Shown: positions 12,693 to 26,189 of the stretch, piece by piece
Numbering within the stretch: position 1 is the first letter of the stretch
Layout of the letters: every line of letters starts with the position of its first letter
The notes under the pieces: generated by a model
Databases searched by the model: none
What the model was told of the DNA's origin: nothing
The model's input: the letters and a program-made list of their open reading frames with translations, nothing else
Translations under genes and position numbers: made by a program
Origin: Lytechinus pictus
Taxonomy: Eukaryota
DNA: 64,000 nucleotides
Reading direction: 5' to 3'
Assembly: GCF_037042905.1 (NCBI RefSeq)
Contig: NC_087246.1
Span: 68,572,001-68,636,000, forward strand

Positions 12693-14284
12693 TAAGAAGG
12701 TCTTAATATCGCAATTGTATGCTGTTCCCTTTTAAAATTCATTGAAATAGAAGGATTTATGAAAAGGCGGTCGTTTCATGAAAACGTCCCACATCATATT
12801 GGTGAATGTCATGACCTCGTGTATGTAACTAACTAAAGGGGTCTGTGGTGACAAGGGCTTTACGTGATTATGCGAGCACCTATAATTTGATTTGAATTAT
12901 TGCCATTCAGCTTGCTCTTAATTACATTATGAGATCTATGTTGTATCGGGAAATATTCTTCCCAAGGGAAAATCTCGAATGGATACCGGCCAATGGAGAG
13001 CATAATTGTCAGATACCGATTCTCAGCTCTACTACTGTTTCGCAGTACAGGCAATTAGTACTAATTAAGATTCAGGAGAAAGCATGCCTTCAGAGCTTAT
13101 AGCATTAAATATTTATTGCTCATCTTGATTCTTGTACAATAAATCGATATTACGAGGCCGATGGCATTAAGGATTACAATCATGTTCTGCTATACAGGAG
13201 ATTGACTGATAAGGGCTAAGTGGTTTAGCACTGTTCACATTCATTGCGTGGCGTACCCTATCTATTAGGAATAGAGTAGGGGCTCACGCCTTTATGGTGT
13301 CAGTGGGTTCTTTAGGTTAAAAGGGAAAATAGAAACAAAAGTATAAAGCTCCTTCCAAAAATCAATATTAGAATCATTATGCGAAAAAAAGAAAATTAAC
13401 ATGTTTCTTTGTGTCAATGAAATAACAAGGATTTTCAGTGTCGATGGAGGACAGAGCTCAGGGTTACTGACTGCAACTGAATGTGATTCAGAAACTGAGT
13501 ATGGGACAACGGTTGGGAGGGGGTTATTCTTACTTTAGGACATTACCATGGTGCCGCATTAAACTACTAATAAAAAAAATATTGCTATATTGCGGAGTCG
13601 GCAGTCAAATCTGGAGTTTTATCCCTAGAGAGTGCAAACTATCTTCGTCGATATTCAGATATGGGGGTAGGGGTGGTCATAAAGATCTTCGTGAATCACC
13701 TATATGAAAATATTATATTATCTTTTATAGATTTGTTTGACACAAAAATGAGATTACGTGATGATAACATGCACGAATGTATAGCTATCACAACTTTAAA
13801 AAAATGATTGACTATCAAAATATATCCATGTACTTCACTGGTTGTTAATAAGGTCATGAACCTGTTAACAAGGGGAAATGAAACTAACATCAAAATTCTA
13901 GAACCCTACCAGAATAAATAAAAACTCAGTTATTAGAGAGTAAGACAGGATGGGAAGAAGTCGACTTCATCCATTAATATGAACACGTCTATTGGAGATT
14001 GAGATGATACTAATTTACTCGTTACGATTATGCAATAGGCTCCTTGATTAATGAAACTGTCAATATTCACCGAGGATGAACTCACGTGCAAGCTGTTTAA
14101 TGCTCAACTGTATATCGATGGAAAGGAGACAGAGCTAAAAAATGCATTAGGTCTAATTCAGGCAATATCTTTTCGTTCATATCTCATATTCCATAATTGT
14201 CTAATGGTTCATAATGATTACTGAAAACCCTTTATTCATAAAAAACATGCACAATATGAAATATGATGATTGTCAATTACACAG

Positions 14285-15048
14285 TTTTTTTTTAAACAAG
14301 CAAGAAAATATCTACAATCTACAAATCATTGTCGTGACAACTATATATACAAAAATCATAGTGTATACAAATAGATAAAGGTTTGCCAATTAGTTATTTA
14401 TTATTGATGAAATAAGTAATCTAGTAATCATTCAGAAGAAATACTTTAAGTATTTTTCAATGTGTTTTGGGTTATATTGTTGTATATTACTTGTAAAAGA
14501 ATGCCATAGTTTGGATCCATGAAACTTCTTTTGATAAACAAATAATGATGTCCTATTGTTTAGTAATAAATGAAAAGAGTTTGCCTGGCGAGTGAAGTGA
14601 CTATGAATCGAACTGTTAAAAAAGACATATCGACGAGAGTCAAAGACAGTTATTTAGTATTAAGCTTGTACATACTGTACGATGTTCTTGTTGACAGGTA
14701 TCTTATTTTTCAAGAAAAGACTACTTGTATAGCATGCCCGGAAATCTGTATTATTGATTATACAAATAGCACTATTTGCAATATAAAGAGTTTATTGATT
14801 TGCAGACACACAGCACTACCCCAGGGGATAAGTCCGGAATTCAAGTAAAGAAGAATTAACGTAGAATGCAAGGGTAACCTGAGTGATAGCGATCCGTTTC
14901 CAAGATACCTCTTTTTCTTTTATGATTAGCCCCCAAAATCGAGTTGGGTCGGACACTCTGGATGACATTACCATAAACAGTAAAAGCTTCAACTTTATTT
15001 AAACAGTATCTAACTAGTTTTATCCAGATTAAGTGACAGTTTGTTTTG
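14285..15048 (-). mobile_element. Decayed CR1/L2-clade (Crack-like) LINE, 3' part of ORF2
   Basis: Minus-strand translation gives KNKLSLNLDKTS*ILF, LHSTLILLYLNSGLIPWGSAVCLQINKLFILQ, NSSIHSHFTRQANSFHL and GSKLWHSF, all typical post-RT LINE motifs, with stops and frameshifts. Confidence 0.8.
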
Positions 15049-16943
15049 GTTTTATCATATTTGCAACGTTTTTAAGTTCTTGATTTAAAATTTGTGTCAA
15101 TTTATTTGGATCGCGATATGAAAAAATATATATTTGAATCATCAGCATAAAGTATAAATTGAAGTATCCAAGGTGACTTTTCAATGTCAAATAATAAACA
15201 ATAATGGGCCAAGATTACACAATTTTATCAAAGGAAAATTTTAAAACTCAAGAAAATATCTACATACCTCACGTGTTGTTTGGTAATTCCATATTCAATC
15301 ATAATGTAACGAAACAATACTGAATTAACGTAGGCTGATATAATATTGAAATAATGATATCATTTTGTTGTACTGTTGGCATGACTGCATTATGAACTCA
15401 GACTGCGCATGACCTGAGATTGAACGCGCATGTTTTTAATAATGCAAAACAAATTATTGTGACGTCATGCGAATATGGTAAGAAAGTACAGTAGTCTGAT
15501 CGAAACATTTCTTTTACTTTGGATTTACAAAACCGTTTATATATATATATTTTCTAAGTTTAAAAACAAACACACACACACAGTAAGATATGCTACATAA
15601 TTGGACATCATACGTATGTATTATTTTTCTTCATTATATAACAAACAAACTGCATCTTAACCATCCATTTTGCTCGTTTGCCAACGACAAGAGCGAGGAG
15701 GGGAGCATACCATGTTCTTGTCCACTGAATACCCTTCAGATCGAAAAGAATCAATCTGCGATAGCATTAAGAACAAACATTAAACTGCAGTACTTTAATT
15801 TAAAAGAATAATGAAACAAATGACCATGTTGTTCAAATATAAAATACTATAAAAAAAATAAAAAAAATAAATAAAAATGCATTAAAAAAACGCAAATAAT
15901 AATGTAAAAAAGAATTAGTTGCTTAGCATATGATTTATTGTAAATGAAAAAGGGAAGAGTGAAAAACAGAAATGTTCATGAAAATAAATCAAACTTTCAA
16001 TATTCACGCCTGACTATATTTATAGTACAGGATCTGAAAAGCTCATGTGTTAAAAAAAATGAAAGAAACATTCAATTTCAAGTGCATTAGGGACTATTAA
16101 TTTAACCCTTTTACAATGAAAAGGACGAAGGAGGACATGTTATCCTTTTTCAAGTCTGGCATCTGTATTTCTTAATCATCTTGGAAGTACTCAACAATAC
16201 ATGTTTGTGTGCCGTCATCATAGTCAGGTAAACTGTATACGTACACCACCGAGCATCCTGAGTAGCAAAGCGCAAAATGAAATTGGAAAATGATATTCTT
16301 CAACCTGGGAGGGCCTCTAAAGTCAATGCTTCTACTTGCTGTAGAAAAAAAAATCCCTTATGCATGTAGATGAAGGGAAAAAGAACGGGGAGAACTAATT
16401 TACATTCATAACCAGTCGTGCTTGACAATCCCGTAGATTCAGCATCAACTTCACTATGCAGCCATGAAAAGCTATGCGTGGGGCCCTGGTTAGTACGTAC
16501 GGGTAGCAGTCAAAAGGCGTTATGAGTATTTCATATCATTAGGTGTACATGTATCATCATGACGAGAATAAACAAATACGAGAATTTGAACATATTATAG
16601 AAGAAGTGTTGGTATAAGATAGATTATATCCCATAATATATTGCAACTCCCCCCCCCCCCTCCCCTTCTCCTCTAATTTTCCTCCATATCGTCCTTCTCA
16701 AGTTCCTCCCCTCCTCTATACTAAAAGGGCCTATACTTCTCAAAAATTGCTATAAACAATAGTTCAGAGCAATTTTGATTCCCCCCCCAAAAAAAAAAAA
16801 GAACTACATAAACATGATGAAGTAGCAAGATTGTAAGTACAAGATTAATGTGAAGACTAACCCGAACATATCATTCCTTCATTCCCATTTTCACTTAATT
16901 ATTATCTATTCCTACTCCCCTTTTTTTTTCTTCCCCCACATCC

Positions 16944-17045
16944 TATCTATCCATCCATCTATATATCTACCCACTCATCTATATTTTAATGTATCTCTCT
17001 ATCTGTCTATATATATATCTATTTATCTATCTATCTATATACCTA
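16944..17045. repeat. Degenerate (TATC)n microsatellite
   Basis: Repeated ctat/atct tetramers. Confidence 0.8.
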
Positions 17046-18876
17046 TACGTGATGTTATCGATTGCCCTCACTTAAAAAAAAAATTAATCGTTATTTGAAA
17101 CATTATTCAGCCCAACTAAATTGTGTGATACTCTAACCGATCTATTCCCACCGCCCTGGTAACCTGAACTTACTTATAAGAAAAATAAGTCATAATATAA
17201 CTGATCGTTGAAATTTGAATGATGATGATTATAATCATGATGAATACTATATACATGAAACTTAAATTATAATGTAGCTCACATCAAACCGTTGCCTCTC
17301 TGTACTTCGTATGGAACTGACTTGACATGTTTGCATCTACTGTAGATAATCACTTTGATTTAATCAACAGTATCACTTTCACTGTAAGGCAACATTATTG
17401 TAATAATCAGATTGTGTCTTGTGTAATATTCATAATATCGTCAAAGGGGAGTGTTTTGATACCGGTATTTAAACAATCAATTATAAATGGGATTAATCGT
17501 CATTACATTCGATAGTTTGTTTTGAAGAATATGCGTATTTGTCATTCAAAGGGCGTAATTAAGTAGTTTCAGCCATACAGCAGAAAGCTTTCTCTGTCAA
17601 ACAATAAAGTTCATTAATCACGAGATTGCGCTTTAATCCTCGATCAAGTTTTGTTCGGATCGGGGAGCGAATTATGATTATGACCAGCACAAATAATCTT
17701 GCCTTAATGAGATTTCTGCGAGCTGTCGGGAGCTCGGCGGGAATGAAAATTTATGGCGCGCAAATTACAGCACTTTGTTGATGCTCCAGGCTCTTTGTAG
17801 GTTAAAATTGCAAAGTGAAGATATTGGCATAATATGAATCGTCATTACTGGTCATTATCTCTTCGTCCATCAGCCCTTGGTCATATATCTTGTTTTCTAC
17901 GATCACGTTGTTTCGTAAGTGGCATTCAACTGCCCTTATACTCAATATAATTGCGGCAGGGCCATTTAACATTTTTTCAAAGGGTGGTGTATCTTCATAG
18001 CGTAGAGTTGTAGTCAGGTAGATTTGCATTTTATGAATATTTCAGCCAGTCGAGAATTATGAATCCAAAATACGTTTGCTACTCTTCTTCTTACTTTTCA
18101 TGCATAAAAATTATGGACCAAAAGTATATCATAAATAAACTGTAATTGGGAGTTTGCAGAATATCATAACTGCTCAGAATCTACATTATGCTCAATGCCT
18201 CTCTTGGCACGCCTTTTCTACTCATGTCATCACACGCATTAATATTTGCCTCATGATTTTCATTTTAACAAATCGGACGGTAACATTATTCGGTATGTGC
18301 CAGTAAGAGGGAGGGAGATATGGAGACAGAAACACTCGCAAAAAGAGATAGAGGGAGAGATGGAGGGGTGCTGATAAATAAGAAACTTCATAGTTTAACA
18401 TTATTATGATTGTAATAAATACCCACTTAGACGATCACATACTTCGAATCAAACTTCAAGAAGCTGGTCATACCTCTTACCAATCTTCCTACTGTGCACA
18501 TAATGAGCTTTTGACGCGGTTAAACCGTGCGAATTGGATATCACTTTTAACTCTGTGCTACTCATACCTTCAGGAGTGAAGATATCTGTGTGCTTGGGTG
18601 AATTGTGTCCAACGAAAAAAATAAATTCATTATTATGTGGAAAGTATAAAAGCACAAAAGGGCTTGAAATCCACTCTTTTTCCCTTTCCATTTCGCACAT
18701 ATATCTTTACGATCTTTATCACTCTAAAATGATCATTATGATGGTTCATCAATAGATCCTTGACCAATCTCTTTCTATCGTTCTTACTTTCTGCTATTAT
18801 ATCTCACCTATTCCTATTCCCTAGCCCTTTCCGTTACCTTGTCGTGTATGTTTTTTTTTTGGGGGGGGGGGTTACC

Positions 18877-19098
18877 GGTGACATGACATTATTTTGCTCC
18901 TGTGGCATTTGTCTCGGCCTTAATATCTCGTGCAGAGGGCGTAGGATTATAATTAGGAGTGTTATCAAAATTTTGGTCCAGAATAATGTAAAAATCAGGA
19001 TTAGGGTTTATTCATTATCGGAGGTTAGAATTTACGTCTGACTTGACGTGCACATTTTCCATCGGAGCAATTGTCGCCGGAGCAAATGTCATAGAACC
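18877..19098. mobile_element. MITE with TIR ggtt..atgacatttgctcc; second copy at 23830-24014
   Basis: Both copies end ttttccatcggagcaa.tg.cgcc..agcaaat.t.at..aacc and have a TTAGG(G)-rich interior. Confidence 0.7.
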
Positions 19099-19199
19099 TT
19101 TTTATCATCGATCAGGTAACATGCTTCCAGTTTCTCTGATGGGCTGTTCCATCATAGTTGTTCTGCTCCCATTCTTTCCTTATTGACGTTTCCTTGTCC

Positions 19200-19960
19200 A
19201 AATGTTTCAACACTTTGCTCGCCTACACACATATCCAATGGGGATTTCATGGCACTTAACTCATTACCTGTTCCATTCTAATTTTCTTACCAAAAGTTCA
19301 TCCTCATCGCCGAATCACACAATAAAATCTTATAAGAACTTTATGGTTTGCCATGGACGAAGATCTGTATGAGGTACATATTTCAACTATTTTATACATG
19401 TATTCTTTTATTCATGTAATTTGTACAGATTATATATTCAATGTTACAGACATATTGTTTAAATGTCATTTGGTCATAAATCATTTCAGCTCTCGAAAAA
19501 CGTCCCTTTTTCTCTTTCGTTAATGTGCTGGCATTTCTACGAGAATTATTTCCCAATGAAGTCAAGCAAATATAAGATGAACAAGTGCGTCCAGGTCAAA
19601 CATGCCCACTATTAGTTCATACCATATTTTTTAGTTGATGTTTCTTGTTTCTTCTACTGTCATACCAGTTTTATTGGTTTTTTTAGCTCCACATTTGAGC
19701 ATACCATCCAATATTTACCACCGTAAGGAATTGTACTTCCTTCCTTAAATGCCAATTGTGTCTTTGCTCCGTCTTTATGCTACATTAAATTTATATTTAC
19801 CTTGGAAAGATCTTATAAAGCGAGTAATTGCCTCTTCATCTGGTGAAGTCGAAATTCTAATTTGCAATCATTGAAAGTCATTAGGTTCCACTTAAATGGT
19901 AAAGCAGTCTGCCAACATCTATTAAAGTCCAGGTTGATGCACTTTTCAGTTCTATAAAAA
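19200..19960 (-). mobile_element. Possible highly decayed CR1-type LINE fragment
   Basis: Scattered minus-strand peptides in the expected order: KWNLMTFNDCKLE, YAQMWS, MYKIVE, SVETF. Very degraded. Confidence 0.3.
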
Positions 19961-20099
19961 GTACGTCATTTTGTAAAAATATTATCACTTTCCTACAATA
20001 CAATATTCTTTAATGTAATGTTAGTCTGATTATGGTTTTGTTATAGCAATCCGGACTATACAGCTATAGGGAATCTGAAAAAAAATATGCTGGGATTTT

Positions 20100-20480
20100 A
20101 CAAGTTTATTCACGGGTTTTCCTTTATTTTATAGGGGCTTAAACTTCTGAACGAATTTATCAGTACGTATAGTTTATCGATATAATGCATTTATATGATA
20201 TTAAGATGGGCCTTTCAACGAGGCCAAAGGTCCAAAAAGTCGAGGTTTACGTCTGTCTTAATCAAAATTAATTTATGCTAAGCCTAATCTGATAAACCTT
20301 GATTTGATGCTATAGGTTTCAAATCACGCCCATAATATTTTGTTTCTACGTAGTTAAAATGACTACGGTGCTTTATAGAGTGTATATTACAGTTTTCTTT
20401 GAAGATCGGGCTAAGTGGAAAATATTTTGCTATAGAGATTCTACACTCGACACTGGTGGACCGTCTCCTATTAATAAGTA
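20100..20480 (+). mobile_element. Possible decayed RTE-type LINE 3' end
   Basis: LRWAFQRGQRSKKSRFT (~20200) and EDRAKWKIF (~20400) resemble the RTE C-terminal motifs LxWxPxxGxRxxGRP and DRxxWR. Confidence 0.4.
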
Positions 20481-21107
20481 TTTGTACATAATTCTTAGAA
20501 TTAACAAACGACCGGTATACCCTTTTGAAATAAGTTTGACGAAATTATTATCATGAGTATGATAAATTCAGCTTAAACCAAATCTTGAAGTTTACATTGA
20601 AGAAAACCATTTGGTCCGTGACATATAAGCCCTGGAAGTCGAGGTAAATTGAATGGTGGATTGAAAAAATACAAACTGTATCACTACAAGGTAAAATTAA
20701 TGCAACGAGAGAAATGATAAAATGTGCTAATAAGATTAACATATCAATAAATAATCGAACGGAAGCAGTGGAATAATTCCTATCAATTGGGGAAAATTCA
20801 GTATTTATACCCGGAACATGCAGGTAAATGACGTTTAACCCTATGCATACCTATGCTTGGGCATTGATTTATTTATCGGCGGTACAAAGGTAATTTGCAC
20901 TTTGCTGCTGCTGCGTTTTCATCTTAGGGACTCATTCGTGCCACGTTGGAGATCAGAAAACAGTACATTAGTGCACTAAGAAGGGTTGATATCGGTGGAA
21001 CTTAGATCCGTATCAAAAGACGACCTTGATAAAGGGGTGATCAGGAGAAAACGAAAGAGGATTTTATGAATCTTTAAATACCCCCTAAAAAGATATACAA
21101 AAATAGA

Positions 21108-21334
21108 CACACTAAAAAAAGATTGAGTAAAAATTTACACAGTATACTGGGTAAAAAGGCAACATGCAATGATGTTTGCTGGGTAATTTTTTCCCCAACA
21201 TTGGGAAAAAGAATGTTTTAAGGGTAAATATCAACGCAACATTGCGTAAACTTTACAAAGTATTTGGGATCATTTTACCCAGCAAACGTTCATGTTCCCA
21301 CTTTACCAAATAATGGGTAAACTTTTTTAGAATG
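21108..21334. mobile_element. Degenerate CAC...GTG MITE
   Basis: cacactaaaaaaa...gtaaaaatttac start and gggtaaacttttttagaatg end, with internal gggtaa/ttaccc inverted motifs. Confidence 0.55.
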
Positions 21335-21373
21335 CAAATATACACATTGGCAGTGCTTTAATTACACCATCCA

Positions 21374-21580
21374 CACACTTAAAATGTTGGGCAACATACA
21401 GTCCACTGTGTTGGGTAATTTATGTTGGTAAAAAAATATATATATTCTGCGCAATTATTATCTGATTAAGCAAATTTATTACCCAATTATTAGTTATAAT
21501 TCCCCAATTCGGGCAGATTTTAACCAATAGTTGTGTGGACAGTCTGTTGCCCAGGGTTGGTTGAAAGTATTTTAAGACTG
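21374..21580. mobile_element. CAC...GTG MITE family cacacttaaaatgttgggcaac, copy 1 (TSD CA)
   Basis: Closely similar to 45689-45893 and 62135-62361; flanked by ca on both sides. Confidence 0.85.
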
Positions 21581-22161
21581 CACTAAGTAAATCTGAAATA
21601 TTCATTTTCTACTCCCCTTTACTTGTCCTCATTCAAACTACTGTACTCACAGGTTTATCGCCCTTCCTTGTGAGCCTTGTTAACTGCTAAATTGTTAAAT
21701 GCTAAATTGCTGAAAGCTTTTAAGAAATCGCAGTTATGATTGAGGATGATAGGAAACACTGTCAAAATAACATAACCTTCGATGACAATGTCCAAGGACG
21801 GGAGTTGTAAATGGGAGTTGTAAAAATTATTTCGCTTGAGTTCGTAAATTTTCATCTCGTCTATATACTTCCGGAATTTTCTCAGAGTGCAAGTAATTCA
21901 GAAAGATCGTAATAATAAACCAATCGAGATTTACATTTAAACTCTATTATATTAAGCATTTACTATGTAATTGATTCGTTGATTTCAACAAAGAGAATAT
22001 CAGACAGGCTTAGCCCTAAAAATTTCATCAAAATCTAATGTGTACTTTAAAAATATATGGCATTTTCAAGTTTCCCATTCTTTCCGAAAACTGTTATATG
22101 AACATACTGGGGAGTGTTTTATTGAGAGAGCCGATGATATCGAACACTCACTAATAAAGCT

Positions 22162-22625
22162 AGGGGAAGTTCACTCTGATGCAAAAATTATTGTAAAACT
22201 AGCAAAAAAAACCTGAAAAATAGTGGTGAAGGTTTGAGGAAAATCCATAAAATGTTAAGAAAGTTATTAGAATTTGAAATTTTGGATTTGTGACGTCATA
22301 AACGAGCAGCTGACCCATATGTTATAAAAACATACAATTTTTGAATGGTTCTTGATGACTTATTTTTGTTTTCGTTTAAAGAACGAGTGTGAAATGATTT
22401 GTCTATTGATATACTGAAGGTACAGTAAATACCATTTTCAATTTCCAAAGTAAATAACATTTCATTGATTTTTTTATCATTCGATATGAAGGAAAGCTGC
22501 TCGCATATGACGTCACAAATCAAATAATTAAAATTCTTTTTTTTTTGATGGATTTTCCTCAAATCTTTCGCATTTTTTTTCCTGCTATTTTTACAATCAA
22601 CTTTTTGTTGGGGTGAACTTCCCCT
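22162..22625. mobile_element. Kolobok-like fold-back element nested in an older related element
   Basis: aggggaagttcactc ... ggggtgaacttcccct|TTAA. Inverted arms tgtgacgtcata..cgagcagct / agctgctcgcatatgacgtcaca. Confidence 0.75.
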
Positions 22626-22842
22626 TTAATTTGATAAAATATGATTTGTTGACAGAGGATTTCAACCGGATGCATGTAATAACAATGACAGTCATTTTAT
22701 ATTTGATATTTTATACGAAGAATTAAACCACATTTGACATTCTTGGATGGAAATATTTTGACATTTCTTCACTCAAAATACAGAATAGAAGAAAGAGTGC
22801 GTGTGAGACGTCATCGGTTGCCTCGTGAGCATACCACACATA

Positions 22843-23136
22843 GGCCCGTATTCTAAAGTCAGGTTTAACTCTGTGCTAAAATTATGGGAAGCCAATAGTG
22901 TCAAAATGTTTATTAAGTTGTATGTTTCTTATGTTTACAGTGCTCTTTCCTGATTCATCGATGGTGAAGACAATCATCTATTTATACTTCCTAGACAATT
23001 ATGAATAATTTGAGAGCCAAATGAGCTGAAATATAATATCTCCACTGTTAGTGATTTATGTAACAATTTGCTATCCATACTTAAACCACAACTTTAAACC
23101 TGAGTTTAACTTAAACCCGACTTAAGAATACAGGCC
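22843..23136. mobile_element. Harbinger-like MITE (GGCC termini); diverged inverted copy at ~35965-36274
   Basis: TIRs ggcccgtattctaaagtcaggtttaa / ttaaacccgacttaagaatacaggcc. Reverse complement of 36200-36274 matches the left end (gtgctaaaat.a.gggaagc.aa.a.tgtca). Confidence 0.75.
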
Positions 23137-26136
23137 ATGGTGTACATATCACTCTTAGGTGAGAGAAAAAAAAATATCATAACTTTCATTATTTTACATC
23201 TTTAGAGGGCCTATTGATTTTCATTCTTTTTTATTTCTATTATTATTATTTGGGGTGTTTTTGGAGATGAAATAAGTTATTGAAGTCTTCCAATCTTGAA
23301 ACAAGCAATTGGTTTTTATTATAAGAGTGTTGTGAAATTGGTTCCATATAGACGCTGAACCAAGACCTTGATACGCCCCCTCTCCTCTCGACACTCGTGA
23401 AACTGACACTCGACCAAGGAGTTAGCATCTTGCATGCAGAACCTTTCCTGTGATCGGTCGTCATGGCCTTGTTGTGCCTTGTGACAGGGGAATGATTCAG
23501 ATAGATATTAGCGAGAATATCTTCCAAGTGGGCCCCAAGAGTGTGGTAGTACCAGGAGTAAAGCAAAAGGCAAGGGAATCTATATCGTTTCTAAAGATCA
23601 GTATAATGCTTTATTGAAGCGGCATGAATGATTGGATGAAGCATTAGCTATCCATTAGAGCGAGAGAGAATGACGTCGATTCGACAAGTATGGATACAAG
23701 GCGACAATGAGATGATGGAATCCCATGGAGATCCGCGTGTGAAAGTTGTCAACAACATGGAATAAAACGGCTAATAATATACATGTGAGGAATTAAAAAA
23801 AACACGTCAAGATGGGAATGAATACAATATGATCCTGCGACATTTGCTCCTGTCTCAATGTTTCAGTGGGCATAGGGTTAGAGTTAGGATTGTAATCGAG
23901 TTTTTTGGTTCTTTGTTTAGGGTTTATTTAGTTTTTAGGTTAGGTCTTAGGTTTCGCTTAATAATGCAGATTTTCCATCGGAGCAACTGCCGCCATAGCA
24001 AATTTTATGAAACCGCCTTATAACCCCTAAGATATTTTGTTGTTTGTTGTTTGGAACGAATTCAAACTTAAAAACAATACTTACTTTAATGAAAAGTACC
24101 TTAGAGTTAAGTTACATTAAATATGCCGTCTATAAGCAACGTAAAATATAAAACAATGAAAAAAAGACAAGACAAGAGTACTTTAAAATTCATCTTTATT
24201 ATCATCACTGACTCTTCTATTATGAATTTTTTATATTTTTAATCTGCCATATTAATAAACATTGTCGCGCATATTTGGTTTTATGGTTATACATGGAACC
24301 TTCTGAGGAAAGCCATCAATTCAACATGTAAAATGTAAAACAAGATAATACATGATACGATTTCTTTGGGATCGTAAACGATTCTCATTGCTAAATTTCA
24401 TTTTCTTTGTATTTTTGGGGGGTTCTTTTTTGCTGTGTGGACGAGTTGAGCGGCAGGTTTTGGATAAATGAAGACCGCTTACACGACATTGGACAGTGTG
24501 TTCAGTTTGGGAACAGTTTACCTGGGGTCGATAATAGATTAGCTGATTGAAAGTGAGAAAATAGTCCTGATCGAAGTCGAATAGTATCTCCTTGATCTCT
24601 CGTATTCCAATGATAATTATGTTGATCGCCAATATCGGCATCCTCCATTCGGTAAGTGCCCCAGTCCCTTAAGACACACCATTAGGTATACCAGGATTTC
24701 TTGGCGTACTGGAGCGGAAGAAGCCCTAATGATCCACGTCTCAGCGTCCGGGCTCAAAAAATATGATATATCGTTCATAATTTAATGTGACCTTTTCTTG
24801 ATTTTGTCAAGGCAATCGATATGTAAGTAACATCAGCCATCTTGTGTCTCATAAACTAACGCATTAAATATTATAAGATCGATTAGAAGGTACGAGGATG
24901 TGACGACGACTGACATCTGATTTTGATGATTCGATGATACCAATATATGCCTAACCATTACAATAGTGAGCTTTCGCAATTGCAACGAGAACGCATTCCG
25001 CAACATAGTAAATCTACTGAAATTGCAAGTCAAATCAGAATGGACACCTGAGAGGTTTTTGCTGACAGTCGGTGGACCGGGACAGTAGATCGTACTACGA
25101 TTCGGACCAGACGGAAATTGCTAATGTAGTTTTTCCAAAGCGACTCTGCAGTTTGGTTCACCGGTTTTCGACAAAGACTGCTTGGCAATGCAGGGCTTTT
25201 GACATAAGATCAACATTGGGCGCGGAGCTAAGGGAGGCTTCCTTCATCCATTTTCCAAGGAGTAGCAATACAGGGAGAAAATGAGGGAAAGAAAAAACAG
25301 AATTAGATAGACGTATGACTGCATCGTATAGCAAATCAATCTCTTTATCTATACTCCCTATCTGTCTAACCTGTGGACCATCCCCCCCCCCCCCGTTAAA
25401 TTAGTAGATGAAAATTATGACGCGTCTCGTTAAATAATTCACGACATGTTCGATGAAGTTACAGAGGACTTCACAGTCGTACAGAAAAGTCCATCCTTTC
25501 TTGTGAATATCATAGTCTGTTGATTATCAGTATTCTTAATTTGACTCCCAGTTTTACCTCTCTGCATGCATGAACGCGTGCCAACACAATTGTCTTGATT
25601 CTTTTATCTGTACGTTTCCTTGCAAGCTCCTTCCTACTTTCTTTCTGTCTTTATTTTTTTTCTTTCTCGCTACCCCTCTCCTCTTTTTCATCATCATTTT
25701 TCCCCTGCTCATATTTCCCTATGGCTAGGGGTCATTTATGCACGCATCGCGCTATTTCTTCATCGAATTTGCATCAGTAATGGCGATGTGGTAATTACTG
25801 TGGCGCAAACTTGCCCTGAGGATCACAATGAAAAACTTTTTTTTCTCATCGGAGGTGGATGTCATCTTGCGGATACACTTGGTTCAATGGCCTCTCTTAA
25901 TATTACATGACATGACAGAAATGGTTTATAATTTGAATTGTTGATTTCGTTCTCAGTTTGCATGGTTTGTGATCTCGTTCTGTTCTCTTCTCATTTGGTT
26001 GACGAAACTCAATGGCGTTACCCTCTACCAAAATCATGCAACACAGTCGAGGGAAATTTATCTTGCAATTATTATTTTGCATTATTATCACAATTTGTGT
26101 GAATTTACATTAGTGTAACAGTGATGTAAATATGAC

Positions 26137-26189
26137 CATGGACATACTACTCTGACACACACTCTCTCTCTCAGAGTAGTAGGTCCATG
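26137..26189. mobile_element. Miniature palindromic TIR relic B with 7-bp TSD
   Basis: atatgac|catggacatactactctga-cacacactctctctc-tcagagtagtaggtccatg|atatcac; 19-bp arms are 18/19 complementary. Confidence 0.75.

Noticed and set aside
23221-23420. Possible L2 3' fragment on the minus strand (GEGAY...IWNQF)
   Set aside because: Similarity too weak and short to call.
24585-24657. Strong donor TCG|GTAAGT in intron 1 (possible alternative first exon)
   Set aside because: The frame compatible with exon 2 has no ATG after the upstream stop; unsupported without transcript data.
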